From a virus (taxonomy: Duplodnaviria > Caudoviricetes), in IMG/VR virus record IMGVR_UViG_3300044718_000102, positions 271 through 64,270 of that record: a DNA stretch of 64,000 bases. One strand, 5' to 3'. This document shows, one piece after another, positions 18,435 to 28,312 of this stretch. Each line of letters begins with the position of its first letter. Within the stretch, counting starts at the first letter, position 1. The notes under the pieces are model-generated. The model ran no database searches, was not told the origin of the DNA, and was given only the letters and a program-made list of their open reading frames with translations. The position numbers were made by a program, and so were the translations under genes.

Positions 18435-21400
18435 CGACGCCTCCGGCCGCGGCCATCAGGCACGCCGCGCCGTCGCGGATGATGCGCTCGCGCGCCGCAC
18501 GGTCGTTGTCGAGGTCGGCGAGCGCGGTGTTGATGCGCGTGCGCTCCTCGTCGGAGAGGAACGGGTCGAGATCCTTGAGCGCGGCTTCCGCCTTCGCGGC
18601 CTCGGCCTGCGCCGCCTTGACGGACCTCGCCGGATCGGTCGACGCCGGCGCCGGCTCGCGCTCGGCCGCCTCGCTTACGGCGAGGTCGGCCTGCGCATCG
18701 GGATCACGTTGCTCGGCCAGCCGCCGCCAGGCGGGGTCGCTGGCTGCCGTCGCTGGATCAGATGCGCGAGCTGGTCGTGCTGCTGCGCCAGCTCGTCCTG
18801 CCCCGCCGCGCGCAGCTCCTGCGCCCGCGCCTGGTGCTCCTGCGGCGTCTGCAGGAACGTCGAAGCCTGCGACTGGAGCGCCGGCGGGAGCCCGGTTGGC
18901 GGTAACGGCATTGCGGTCCTCCTCGAGGACGGCCCGCTCGTAGGCGACGAGCGGATCGCTCACGCCTTCGCGGTCCATCATTTCTACCATGCGGGCGCGC
19001 AGCTTGTCCGGAATAGACTTCGGATCGACGTCGTTATCCGCAAGCTCCTGGTCGATCGCGCGATCGATCGCGTGCAGGTGCTCGCCGCGATCGACGCGCG
19101 CGTCGGGCTCGCGGCCGATCTTGTAGACGCGCTCGCCGCGGCCGTGCCGGTCGAGCGCCGCCAGCAGGTCCTCGACGCCCGACTCGGTGACGCCGCCGTG
19201 GTGCACGGCCTCGTCGTGCAGGTAGCCCGCCTCGACGGCCGCCTCGCGCGCGCGATCGAGCGTCATGCCGTCGCGGCGCATGAGCCGGCCGAAGCCGAAC
19301 ACATTGGGGTTCTCGCCGCCGAAGATGGTGGCGAGCTCGCCGGTCGGCTTGAGGCCGCCGCGCGACGCGAGGAATTCCGCCAGCGACCAGGTGTCCGGAT
19401 CGCGCCCGGCCGGGCCGAACGCGCGCCGTGCCGGCGCCGCGGCTGGCGCCGGCGCCGGCGCTCCCTCGCCCCGCTCTTGCGGGGAGAGGGTCGGGGTGAG
19501 GGGCGCCGCTGGCTCGGCCGCTCCCCGCCGCGCCGCGATCTGCGTGTCGGTCGCCAGCATGCGGTCGAAGACGCCGCGCATCTCCGGCGAGATCTCGCCG
19601 CCGACGTTGGTGATCGCGTGATAGACCTTGAGCAGCCACGCCTTGAAGTTCTCGAACACACGCTGCAGGCCGACCGACGGGGACTCGCCCTCGGCCAGGT
19701 AGCGCTCGAACCCGCGCGCAAATTTCTCGTGCTGGTCGACGCCGATGTCCTCGGGCTTGTCGACGCCGAGCCACTTGAGCGTCGCGGCCAGATCCGCCTG
19801 CATCCCCGCCGGCGCGGTCTCGCCGGCGCCGTCGCGCATCAGCTCCTCGAGCCACTTGTGGCCCATCTCGTGCATGAAGGTGGACTCGTCGCGCCCCTTG
19901 AACAGGTCGACGATCGCGCGGTTCTCCGCCAGCATGATGCGGCCGCGGGCGCCGTTGCGGTCGGCGGGCGCGCGCTCTATGTTGAGGTCGCCGGGGACGA
20001 CTTCCAATGCCGGTAGCGTGCCCTCCTGGTCGAGGGTGTTCGCCCGTCGGCCCTCTTGGCCGGTCCCCGGTCCTTCATCCGGCTGATCCTTATAGAGTGA
20101 ATAGTGAAACTTGCCGTCGCCCGTCTCGCGCACGTGCATGATCACGTCGATCCGCCGCCCGTCGAGCTCGACCGCCGACGCAAAGGTGTGCACGGCCCGC
20201 ACGCTCTGCCGGCCGAGCCGATCGGGACCGCTGCCGACGAGCTGCGCCCCACGCAGCATGTCGGGGAGCGCCGGCACGAGCCGCAACAGATCGTCGCCGG
20301 CGCCGCTCGTGCTCTTGCGCTGCCCGCGGCCACTGAACGCGATCTCGAAGCCGGTCGCGGCGTTGCGCACCTTGAGATCGGCGTCGACGAAGTGCTCGCG
20401 ATAATAGCCGCTCGCTGCCTGCCGCAGCTCGGCAATCGGCACGCCCGCCGGCGCGAGCTCGTCGCCTTTGAGCTGCGCCGCCACATCGACGCCCGGGCGA
20501 GACGGCTGGAACAGCGGAAAGCCCTCCGACGTCGCGGCGTCGCGCAGCGCGTCGGTGATCGGCAGGGTGTGGACCTGATGCGCCGCGCGTGAATCGGTCG
20601 GTTCAGGAAACGGCACTTGGTCCAGCGGACCATATTTTGGACGTTCGAGCCGCGCCTCGCCAACCTTCGCGCCGTACTTCTTCGCCAGCTTGTTCGCCGC
20701 CGCGGGCAGCATCTGGTCGTAGAAGGCGCGCATGCCCTCGCCGCCGACCTTGAGGTCGAGGCCTCGTAGGGACTGCGTCAAGCGGTTTGTGCCAAGATGC
20801 TGCTTCGGCTTCTGCGCGAGCAGTTTGTCCGCGACGTCCTTGCCCACAATATCCGGCAGCTCGCGCGCCGCGTCCGAAAGATTGCGGTTGATGACCGCGT
20901 TGCGTTCGTGATCGTAGGCCAGCAGCGTGCCCGTGTGCGGGTGCCCGAGGTCGGTATGATAGGCGACCTCCTGGATCTGCTTGCTCAGATCGTAACGTGC
21001 GGCCTGCACGTCGCCCGGCGCCCAGGCGAGTTGCTCGTAGCCGTGCTCGGCCGCGTAGCGCAGCATGCGCTTGATCGCGAGCTCGGGCCACGTGGTCTTG
21101 AACGGCGCGTCCGGAACCGCGCGACCGCCCACGCCACGCTCTCGATAAAGCTCGGATTGCCGACGATCGAGATCAGGATGAGCGTCCCAGAACGCTTGCC
21201 AATCATCCGCCGTCACACCCTCGCGGGTGAGACGCGGATCGAGGCGGCGCGCCTCTGCCAGATTGGTCTCGATGTCACGCTCAATCTCCGCGTCAGCTCG
21301 GGTGTGCCCCTGGTAGCCGCGCTTGCGCCCCGCCTGATGCCAGTCGCTTTGCACCTCCTCGAGGAGCAGCGTGCGCTTGCCGTCGATGGTGCGATCATTG

Positions 21401-23601
21401 AAGCGGACGTGAACGAGCACGTTGGGCTCGTCCCAGTGGACCGAGGTGAACGCAGGCGGCCCCGGCGGCGTGTTCATGCTTCTCGCGGTGGACTCGGCCC
21501 ACTCGCGATTGTGCGTCATCGTGCCGTATGTGGTCGGCTCGCCAGTGTCCCGGTCGTAGACATTCCAGTCGTCCGCACCGTCTTCTTTCGCATAGTAGCG
21601 ATCACCAACTGGCTCCCTCTGCTCTGGCGGCAGCGTCAGCAGCAGCTCGCGATAGTTCTCGCCGCCGGGAAGCTGATATTTGTTGTACCGCGTGCCAAAG
21701 GCGCGCCGGTCGTTCAACCGATCGCGGAGGGAGGACCATTCCTGGTCCTCAGCCTCCGTCAGATCGCGCATCATGCTCACGAGGTGGAGCGCGTCATAGC
21801 GCCGCTGATCGGCGGCCGCTTCGGCGCCTTTGTGGACTTCCCGCACCTCGATGCTGTTCGCCCGCACATAGTCGGCGATCGCCTGGCGGGTGACCGGGCC
21901 CTGCTGCTCCTTGAGCCAGTCGGCGAGGCCGAGCCATTCGAGCTCCTCGGCCTTGACGCCGGCCGTGTTGCGGGTGGTGGCGAGCCACTGCTCGGGCGAG
22001 GCCTTCTCCTGCCTGGCGTTCCTCACCGCGCGCTCGGCCGCCGAGTAGAACGGTGGCGCGGCCGGCGCCGACTGAAACAGCGTCTTCTGCGCGCCCGTGT
22101 CGCCGAACAAGCCCTCGTCCATCGGTCGCTGCGCGACCTTGGGCTTGAGCCGCTCGTCGGCGCGGCGCTGCGCGAGCTCGCCCTCGCCGACGCGCTCGGC
22201 GCCGGGCAGATCGAGCTGGCCCGCGGCCTCGCGCGCCAGCATCAGGTCCATCGGCGTCGGCGGCTGCGCCAGGGCGCGCATCGCCGGCTCGGCGCCCTGG
22301 TCACCGGCGCCGCGGATCGACAGCCCCTCGCGCGCGAACAGCGCGTGCGCGTCATCCTCGCCGAGGCGCGCCGCGCGCGCCGCATAGCGCGCCGCGACCA
22401 GCGCCGCATTGGTGGCCGCCTCCTCCTCGCCCATGCCGGCGGCGGTGAGCTGCGCGTGCACGTCGTCGTAGATCGCCCGCTCCGCCGACGTCGGCGCCGG
22501 CGGCGCCGCGGGCGGCTCCGGCGGCTGGACATCGAGCGACTCGGCGAGCCGCGGATCATGCTGCGCGGCAATCTCGAGGACCTCGCCGGCGCGGCCCGGC
22601 CGATCGGCGGCCATGTCGGCGGCCGCGACGTGCGCGAGGTCCGCCCGCACCGGTGGCGGCAGGTCGTCGAAAATGGCCCGGGGCGTGTCCGCCGCGGCCT
22701 GTGCCGCCGCGATGCCCGGCACCTCCGCGAGCAGCGGCGCGGCTTCGCCGCCGCCAGGCGCCCCGCCCTCGCCCGGGCCGCCGCCGGTGAGCAGCGCGCG
22801 CGCCAGCCTGTCCTCGGGGCTGCCGGACAGCGGCAGGCCGCTGCGGAGGTCCCGCCAGTCGCCGTAGGCGCCGATGCCGGCGTGCATCACGCCGCCCATG
22901 GCGGCGCCCTGGATGACGTGCGTGAGCGCGTCCGCGTACGTGTAGTCCTGGCCGTCCTGCGTATGCAGCCACCAGTCCGCCGGCTCGAGCGCGGCCGAGC
23001 CGACCGCGCCCTGCGCCGCGCCGGTGCCGAAGCGCACGGCGCCGCGGGCGAGCATGCTCTCGCCGGCGGACGCCAGCATCGCCTCGGCGCGCGCCTCGCC
23101 CACCACCGGGATCATGAATGCCTCGGCGTTGAGCGGATCGAGCAGCCCGACGCCGATCGAGGTGACGAAGCCGAACGCGCCCGGGAAGAAGCCCTGCGGG
23201 CCGCGCGACACCGCGGCCTCGTAATGCTGCCGCTCCTGCGCGTCGCGGATCATCAGGTCGAGCACGGAACTGCGGATCGTCGGCTGATCGGGCAGCTTGA
23301 CGTCGGTGATGCCCTCCTGCTTCAGGCGCCCTTGCGCGTCCGCGATCGGCACGTCGGTCGACTCGGCCCTGATCTTGTCCATGAGGTCGAAATCTTCGAC
23401 CGTCGGCATGTCCGACATGTTGAGGCCGGCGGCCGGGATGCCGCGCGCCGTGACGTATTCGGCGTTGCGCGCGAGCCCCCTCGTCGTGCCGAGAAAGCCC
23501 TCGCCCGCGACCGCGCTCTGCTGCTCGCCGAACGACGAGTCGAGATCGGAGGCGCGGCCCTGCAGCGCCTCCTCGTCCGGCGTCGAGAAATATTCGCTCA
23601 A
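18427..23601 (-). CDS. Large mosaic internal virion / polyvalent protein
   Basis: 1724 aa, TTG start; LLDPLN ejection-type N-terminus, EEVQSDWHQ domain, LPD3-like domain, HEMGH zincin motif. Confidence 0.8.
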   Translation of the reverse strand: MSEYFSTPDEEALQGRASDLDSSFGEQQSAVAGEGFLGTTRGLARNAEYVTARGIPAAGLNMSDMPTVEDFDLMDKIRAESTDVPIADAQGRLKQEGITDVKLPDQPTIRSSVLDLMIRDAQERQHYEAAVSRGPQGFFPGAFGFVTSIGVGLLDPLNAEAFMIPVVGEARAEAMLASAGESMLARGAVRFGTGAAQGAVGSAALEPADWWLHTQDGQDYTYADALTHVIQGAAMGGVMHAGIGAYGDWRDLRSGLPLSGSPEDRLARALLTGGGPGEGGAPGGGEAAPLLAEVPGIAAAQAAADTPRAIFDDLPPPVRADLAHVAAADMAADRPGRAGEVLEIAAQHDPRLAESLDVQPPEPPAAPPAPTSAERAIYDDVHAQLTAAGMGEEEAATNAALVAARYAARAARLGEDDAHALFAREGLSIRGAGDQGAEPAMRALAQPPTPMDLMLAREAAGQLDLPGAERVGEGELAQRRADERLKPKVAQRPMDEGLFGDTGAQKTLFQSAPAAPPFYSAAERAVRNARQEKASPEQWLATTRNTAGVKAEELEWLGLADWLKEQQGPVTRQAIADYVRANSIEVREVHKGAEAAADQRRYDALHLVSMMRDLTEAEDQEWSSLRDRLNDRRAFGTRYNKYQLPGGENYRELLLTLPPEQREPVGDRYYAKEDGADDWNVYDRDTGEPTTYGTMTHNREWAESTARSMNTPPGPPAFTSVHWDEPNVLVHVRFNDRTIDGKRTLLLEEVQSDWHQAGRKRGYQGHTRADAEIERDIETNLAEARRLDPRLTREGVTADDWQAFWDAHPDLDRRQSELYRERGVGGRAVPDAPFKTTWPELAIKRMLRYAAEHGYEQLAWAPGDVQAARYDLSKQIQEVAYHTDLGHPHTGTLLAYDHERNAVINRNLSDAARELPDIVGKDVADKLLAQKPKQHLGTNRLTQSLRGLDLKVGGEGMRAFYDQMLPAAANKLAKKYGAKVGEARLERPKYGPLDQVPFPEPTDSRAAHQVHTLPITDALRDAATSEGFPLFQPSRPGVDVAAQLKGDELAPAGVPIAELRQAASGYYREHFVDADLKVRNAATGFEIAFSGRGQRKSTSGAGDDLLRLVPALPDMLRGAQLVGSGPDRLGRQSVRAVHTFASAVELDGRRIDVIMHVRETGDGKFHYSLYKDQPDEGPGTGQEGRRANTLDQEGTLPALEVVPGDLNIERAPADRNGARGRIMLAENRAIVDLFKGRDESTFMHEMGHKWLEELMRDGAGETAPAGMQADLAATLKWLGVDKPEDIGVDQHEKFARGFERYLAEGESPSVGLQRVFENFKAWLLKVYHAITNVGGEISPEMRGVFDRMLATDTQIAARRGAAEPAAPLTPTLSPQERGEGAPAPAPAAAPARRAFGPAGRDPDTWSLAEFLASRGGLKPTGELATIFGGENPNVFGFGRLMRRDGMTLDRAREAAVEAGYLHDEAVHHGGVTESGVEDLLAALDRHGRGERVYKIGREPDARVDRGEHLHAIDRAIDQELADNDVDPKSIPDKLRARMVEMMDREGVSDPLVAYERAVLEEDRNAVTANRAPAGAPVAGFDVPADAAGAPGAGAGAARGGAGRAGAAARPARASDPATAASDPAWRRLAEQRDPDAQADLAVSEAAEREPAPASTDPARSVKAAQAEAAKAEAALKDLDPFLSDEERTRINTALADLDNDRAARERIIRDGAACLMAAAGGVDG
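19460..19503 (-). repeat. REP-like palindrome read in frame (PLTPTLSPQERGEG)
   Basis: Near-identical to the intergenic copy at 15484-15527. Confidence 0.85.
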
Positions 23602-23604
23602 CGC

Positions 23605-26600
23605 TTACGGCCCCTGCTGGTAGTCGGCCGCCGGCGCATCGGGCGCGCGGCGCGCGAGCTCGGCCCAGGACAGCAGCAGCGGCTTGCCGTCGGCGCCGCG
23701 CACCGGCAGCGCGGCGCCGCGCCGCTGCGAGAAGTAGTAGAGGTTGAGCCCGCTGTTATCCTTCGCCGTCACGAAGCGCGCGTCGCGCACCATCTTGGTG
23801 ACGCTGTCGCGCGGGTTGTCGGCGCCGAGCCGCATGTCATCGGTGAACGGCTGCACCGGGATGCGGCGGCCGCGGTTGGGATCGCGATCGTCGAAGATCA
23901 CCTCGCCCGACGGCGTCACCAGCTTGTCGTCCGGCGCCCAATGGGGCGCATTCGGCGCGGCGAACTGGCTCTCGTTGGAAAACGTCTGGTGATAGGGCGT
24001 CTTCCAGTAATCGGGGTAGTGCAGCTTGCTGTCGTTCGGATCGACCGCGCTCTTGGCGCGCGGATCGCCCGCCTGCAGCGCCTGCCAGAAGCCGCGCATG
24101 TCGTAGTCCTGCGGCCCCTTGGCGTCGGGATCGAACGCCACCTTGTTCTTCCCGACCCAGGAGCGGAACGCCTGCTCCTGCGCCGGCGCGAGCTTGGTCT
24201 CGAACTCGGTCGCGCCCGGCTTCACGAACGGCTTGTTGCGCGCGTAGTAGTCGCTGGGCCCGAGCGCCGGCACCAGCGCGGCGCGCACCGCCATCGTCCC
24301 GGCCTGCACGTCCGTGCCCGACACGCCCGACGTCTTCGGCATGCGCCAGGTGTCGTGGAATTCGTAGCGATCGCCGACGAGCTCGTTGGCGGCCTTCTGC
24401 GCCGCGTCCTTGGCGCTGTCGCCGTCGCGCACATGCAGAGCCGCGAGCTTCGCCGCCAGGCCTTCGTAGCCAGGAAAGTCCTGGTCCTGCTGGCGCGGCA
24501 TCAGCGAGCGGCGGAAGCCGGCGAGCGAGTTGACGACCTCGCGCTTGAGGTCGGCGTCGCTGACCGCCGTCTGGTCGGCGAGCAGCGTCTTGGGCGTGTC
24601 GGTCGGCTTGAGCGAGGCGAGGCGCAGCATCGCGTCCGGATGCATCGGCTCCCCCTTGTCGTCGATGTCGGCGCCGATCGCGCGGATCAGCGGCAGGCTC
24701 TTGCCACCGACCTCGCGCATCACCTGCGGCCAGTACGGGCCCCACATCTGCGCCTCGCGCGCGATCTGGCCGATCACCGCCTGGCGCTTCTGCGGATCCT
24801 CGTCGGTCGCCGCCTGGCTCAGCCGCGTCGCGATGTTCTTGGCGTAGTCCTGCGGCACGATCCTGATGGCCTCGTCCGAGATCCCGAGGCGCTGCTGCTC
24901 GAGCCGCTGCTTCTCGGCATAGTCGCGCGCAAACGTCGCGCGCTGCTCGGGCGTCGCGCGCTGGTCATTGACGACGCCCTGCAGGGCCTGCCAGCTCTCC
25001 TGCACCGACGGCAAATGCGAGACGCCATAGGCCGCCGGGTCCTTCTGCCGCTCGGCGATGATATCGCTGGCCGACTTGCGCAGCATCTCGTAGCGCTTCG
25101 AGGCGGTCGCGTAGTTCGCCGCGCCCGGCTGCGGCTCGAACTGCTTGAGCACGGTGTTCATCTGCTCGGGCGGCGCCGAGACCAGCGCGCGGCGATCGCC
25201 GAGCGCCTGCAGGTTTTGCTGGTACTGCTGATAACGCTGCATCCCGTCGGCGCCGTGCGCCGCGACGAAATCCTGCGGCGTCAGCGGATTGGTCGCCACG
25301 CCGGTGCGCGCCGCCTCGGCGATCGTATCGGCCTCGCGCTGGTGGAGCTGCGCGGCGGCGTTGACGTTCTCGGCATGGGCGACCGAGTAGATCTGGCCCA
25401 TGCGCGCGATCGCGGCGGCCTGGATCTGCGGATTGCTGGCGGTGCGATCGACGATGCGGTTGAAGGCGTCCTGCTTGTCGACCAGCGGGCCGCCGCGGTC
25501 GCGGTCGACGCGGGCCGTCCACAGCGACGTGAAGGCGCGCGACGTGACGTTGTCGACCGAGCCGAACGCGGCCTTGTCGCGGTCGGGAATATTCCCCCAG
25601 ATCGCCGCCTTGGCCCACGCCTCGCCCTTCTGGCGGCCCTCGGCGGTCGAGGCCATGTTCTGCCACGCCGGCGCATCCGGGTTGCGCATGTGCGCGTCGA
25701 AGCCGCCGGCGCCCTGCTGGTGGATGAGGTAGAGCTCGCCCGCCGTCGGTTCGCGGCCGTACTTGGTCGCGAACGCCTCGCTCTCGGCCTTGATCTTGCG
25801 CGCCGCCGCCATCGCGTTGTCGCGCGCGTCGAGCACGTTGCCGCCGCCGTAGCGGTTGAACTCGTCGTCGCTGAGCGCGAACAGCCCGCGATAGCTGCCC
25901 TTGCCCTCGCGCGGGTTGCCGCCGGACTCGATGCGCGCGAAGGTGCGCAGCGTGTCGAGCGGCACGCCGGTTGCCTTGCTGGCGGCCGCGAGCGCGCCGT
26001 TGACGGTGCCGCCGGCGTCGTCGCGCACCGTGCGCCCGGTCTCCTCGTCGGCGATGCGGTGGCCCTCCATGGTCGAGAGCGCGCCGCGCAGCTTGTTCTT
26101 CACCGCGAGCGACGACGCGGCGTCCATCTGGCCTTCGTACTGATGGTAGAGGTCCGCGGCCTTGACGGGATCACTGTCCGCCTGCGCCTCGATGATCTGG
26201 CGCAGGTTGCGGCCGCGGTTCGCCAGCACTTCCTGCTTGATGGTGTCCTGGTCGTAGCCCTTGGCCTCGAGGCGCTTGGTCACCTCGTCGTCGGAGGTGT
26301 TGAGCGCCACCTGCATGCCGGCGAGGTCGCCGTTCTGCTGCGCGATGCCGGCCTGCCCGCCGAAGGTCGCGGCGCGCTGCGTCGCGGTCGTGTCCTGCCA
26401 GCGGGTGAACTGCTGGTCGGCGTGGTTGGTGGCGTAGCGATAGTAGGCGTCGGTGAGGTAGCTGCCGTTCTTGGCGAGCTGCGCCTTGAGCTGCATATTG
26501 TCGCCGGCCTGGCCGAGATGGTCCTGGTAGAGCGTGTCGATGTCGGCCTTGAACGCCGGCAGCGCGTCCTGCGCGGCGCGGCCCTCGAGCTTGGAGAAAT

Positions 26601-26862
26601 TCGAGTACTTGTCGGTGATCTGGTTGGCGAGCCAGGTGTTGAGCTCGCTCGCATGCGTCTCGTTGACGAGGCCCTGGCGCGCCTGCTCGTACGTGAGCGC
26701 CGCCTCGCCGGCGTGCTCGGCGCCCTGGCCGAGCGTCTCCAGGCCCTGCGCCGTGTAGGCGCCGAACGCACCCGGCGAGGCCTGGATCGTCTGGTAGTCG
26801 CCTTGCGACGGCCCGCTCGGCGCGACCGTCGGCACCGGCTCGAAGTTGAAGCGGCCGGCCAT
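23605..26862 (-). CDS. Internal virion protein with lysozyme-like/transglycosylase domain
   Basis: ARIESGGNP...YRGLFAL...LYLIHQQG motif; ejection-gene position. Confidence 0.82.
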   Translation of the reverse strand: MAGRFNFEPVPTVAPSGPSQGDYQTIQASPGAFGAYTAQGLETLGQGAEHAGEAALTYEQARQGLVNETHASELNTWLANQITDKYSNFSKLEGRAAQDALPAFKADIDTLYQDHLGQAGDNMQLKAQLAKNGSYLTDAYYRYATNHADQQFTRWQDTTATQRAATFGGQAGIAQQNGDLAGMQVALNTSDDEVTKRLEAKGYDQDTIKQEVLANRGRNLRQIIEAQADSDPVKAADLYHQYEGQMDAASSLAVKNKLRGALSTMEGHRIADEETGRTVRDDAGGTVNGALAAASKATGVPLDTLRTFARIESGGNPREGKGSYRGLFALSDDEFNRYGGGNVLDARDNAMAAARKIKAESEAFATKYGREPTAGELYLIHQQGAGGFDAHMRNPDAPAWQNMASTAEGRQKGEAWAKAAIWGNIPDRDKAAFGSVDNVTSRAFTSLWTARVDRDRGGPLVDKQDAFNRIVDRTASNPQIQAAAIARMGQIYSVAHAENVNAAAQLHQREADTIAEAARTGVATNPLTPQDFVAAHGADGMQRYQQYQQNLQALGDRRALVSAPPEQMNTVLKQFEPQPGAANYATASKRYEMLRKSASDIIAERQKDPAAYGVSHLPSVQESWQALQGVVNDQRATPEQRATFARDYAEKQRLEQQRLGISDEAIRIVPQDYAKNIATRLSQAATDEDPQKRQAVIGQIAREAQMWGPYWPQVMREVGGKSLPLIRAIGADIDDKGEPMHPDAMLRLASLKPTDTPKTLLADQTAVSDADLKREVVNSLAGFRRSLMPRQQDQDFPGYEGLAAKLAALHVRDGDSAKDAAQKAANELVGDRYEFHDTWRMPKTSGVSGTDVQAGTMAVRAALVPALGPSDYYARNKPFVKPGATEFETKLAPAQEQAFRSWVGKNKVAFDPDAKGPQDYDMRGFWQALQAGDPRAKSAVDPNDSKLHYPDYWKTPYHQTFSNESQFAAPNAPHWAPDDKLVTPSGEVIFDDRDPNRGRRIPVQPFTDDMRLGADNPRDSVTKMVRDARFVTAKDNSGLNLYYFSQRRGAALPVRGADGKPLLLSWAELARRAPDAPAADYQQGP

Positions 26863-26864
26863 CA

Positions 26865-26913
26865 GCGCGCGCCCCGGAAAAGTGGGAACCGGTTTTCGGA
26901 CAAGGGCGCGCGC
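26865..26913. repeat. Rhizobiales short palindromic repeat (CCGGAAAAGTGGGAACCGGTTTT core)
   Basis: Core flanked by GCGCGCGCCC / GGGCGCGCGC inverted arms. Confidence 0.65.
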
Positions 26914-26919
26914 AAGGAA

Positions 26920-27477
26920 TCAGATCTCCTCGGGACTGACCGACGGAGTGCCGTTCCTGAGCTGCAGGTTGGCGAACTTGCCGCCGACGCTCGAGGCGCC
27001 GTTGAGGAAGGTGCCGAGCGCCGAGACGTCGCCGCCGGCGCGCGCCTGCGCGCCCTCGAAGGTGTCGAGCTGGCTCTGCGCCGTGTCGCTCTCGGATTTG
27101 ACCGCGTAGCCGTAGGCCTCGCGCGCCGTGTTGGAGCGGATGGTGAGCGCGTCGAGCTTGCCCAGCTCCTGCTCGCTCGAGCGCACCGCCGGCGCCGAGC
27201 CGGAATTGACGTCGATGCCCGAGGCGCCTTGCGTCGCCGTGGTCTCGCCCACCGCGGCGCGGGTGCGCATGCCGAGCGCCGCCTCCTTGGCGGCGCCGGA
27301 CGCGGCCGTCTCCGACTCGTTCTCCTCGGCGATCAGCGAATTGTTGGCGGCGACCTGCGACTGATAATCCGCCGCGGCGCCGGTCGCCTGGCCCTTCTGA
27401 TAGGCGGCATCCGCCGACAGGCCGGCGCCGGCGGCGCCGACCGCGAGCGCGGTCAACGAGATCGGATCAAATCCCAT
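26920..27477 (-). CDS. Small internal virion protein (T7 gp14-like position)
   Basis: MGFDPIS hydrophobic N-terminus; GASGID.NSGS, ELGKLDALTIRSN motifs. Confidence 0.8.
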   Translation of the reverse strand: MGFDPISLTALAVGAAGAGLSADAAYQKGQATGAAADYQSQVAANNSLIAEENESETAASGAAKEAALGMRTRAAVGETTATQGASGIDVNSGSAPAVRSSEQELGKLDALTIRSNTAREAYGYAVKSESDTAQSQLDTFEGAQARAGGDVSALGTFLNGASSVGGKFANLQLRNGTPSVSPEEI

Positions 27478-27480
27478 CCC

Positions 27481-27930
27481 TCAGCGCTCCAGCGTGAAGG
27501 CGCGAAACAGCGTGCGGGCGCGCCCGACCGCCTCGGCAGGCCCGAGCCGGAAGCCCAGCACCTCGAGCAGCCGGCAGGCGCCGGTGTATTTCGCCATGAC
27601 GACGTTCTCGAGCCGCGGCTTGAGCGCGAGCATCAGCGCCAGCTCGGCGCGCGCGATCTTGACGAACGCGACCGGGACGCGCTCGACCAGCGCCGTGGTG
27701 ACCAGCCAGGGCGCGCCGACGTCGGACAGGATCATCCCGCCGAGACCCCACATCGCGGCCGGCTCGCCGTCGATCTCGGCGACGCGCGGCGGCGTCAGGC
27801 TAGCGCGAAACGACAGCCGCAGCGCCTGGCGCGGATCGCGCCCGAGCGCGGCCGCCTCGGCCCGATCGCCCGCGCGCATGCGCCGTGCGATCGCGTAGAC
27901 GTCGGCTATGCCGGCGGGGCGGACGGTGAC
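27481..27930 (-). CDS. Phage GNAT-fold protein (T7 gp13-like); start codon unclear
   Basis: MR.GDRAE, AMWG, PWLVTT, LENVV...ACRLLEVLGF motifs; no start codon at the expected position. Confidence 0.7.
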   Translation of the reverse strand, partial: VTVRPAGIADVYAIARRMRAGDRAEAAALGRDPRQALRLSFRASLTPPRVAEIDGEPAAMWGLGGMILSDVGAPWLVTTALVERVPVAFVKIARAELALMLALKPRLENVVMAKYTGACRLLEVLGFRLGPAEAVGRARTLFRAFTLER

Positions 27931-28226
27931 TGGCGATCGGCGATGAACAGATCCGGCCTCGTATCCGTCACGCGCCACATCTCGCCATTGATCTCGAGCA
28001 AATCGCCCATCCGGAAGCCGTGAGCGACGCTCATCGAGAACACTTGCGTGTCGCTCGGGATCGCCGGCACCGCGTCGAGGATCAGCACGCGGCGCACGGC
28101 CGCCAGCGGCGGCCGCTTCACCGGCATCAGCGAGCTCGCCCGCACGATCGCGGGCGCCGCCAGCATCGAGCCGAGACCGATCAGCAGGTTGCGTCGGGCG
28201 CGAAGCATCGGCTGCCAATATAGCAC
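27906..28226 (-). CDS. Small phage protein with twin-Arg-like N-terminus
   Basis: RRNLLIGLGSMLAAPAIVRASSLMPVK. Confidence 0.55.
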   Translation of the reverse strand: MLYWQPMLRARRNLLIGLGSMLAAPAIVRASSLMPVKRPPLAAVRRVLILDAVPAIPSDTQVFSMSVAHGFRMGDLLEINGEMWRVTDTRPDLFIADRQSPSAPPA

Positions 28227-28312
28227 GCTTGGCAGCCAGCCGCGGCTCGAGGTCGATCACGATGGCAGCCATTGCCGCAACCTCATGAGCCGCCACACGT
28301 TTCTCGTCATGG

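Noticed and set aside
20797-28023. 2408-aa plus-strand ORF and other long antisense ORFs
   Set aside because: Shadow frames of high-GC minus-strand genes; Arg/Ala/Gly-rich with no motifs
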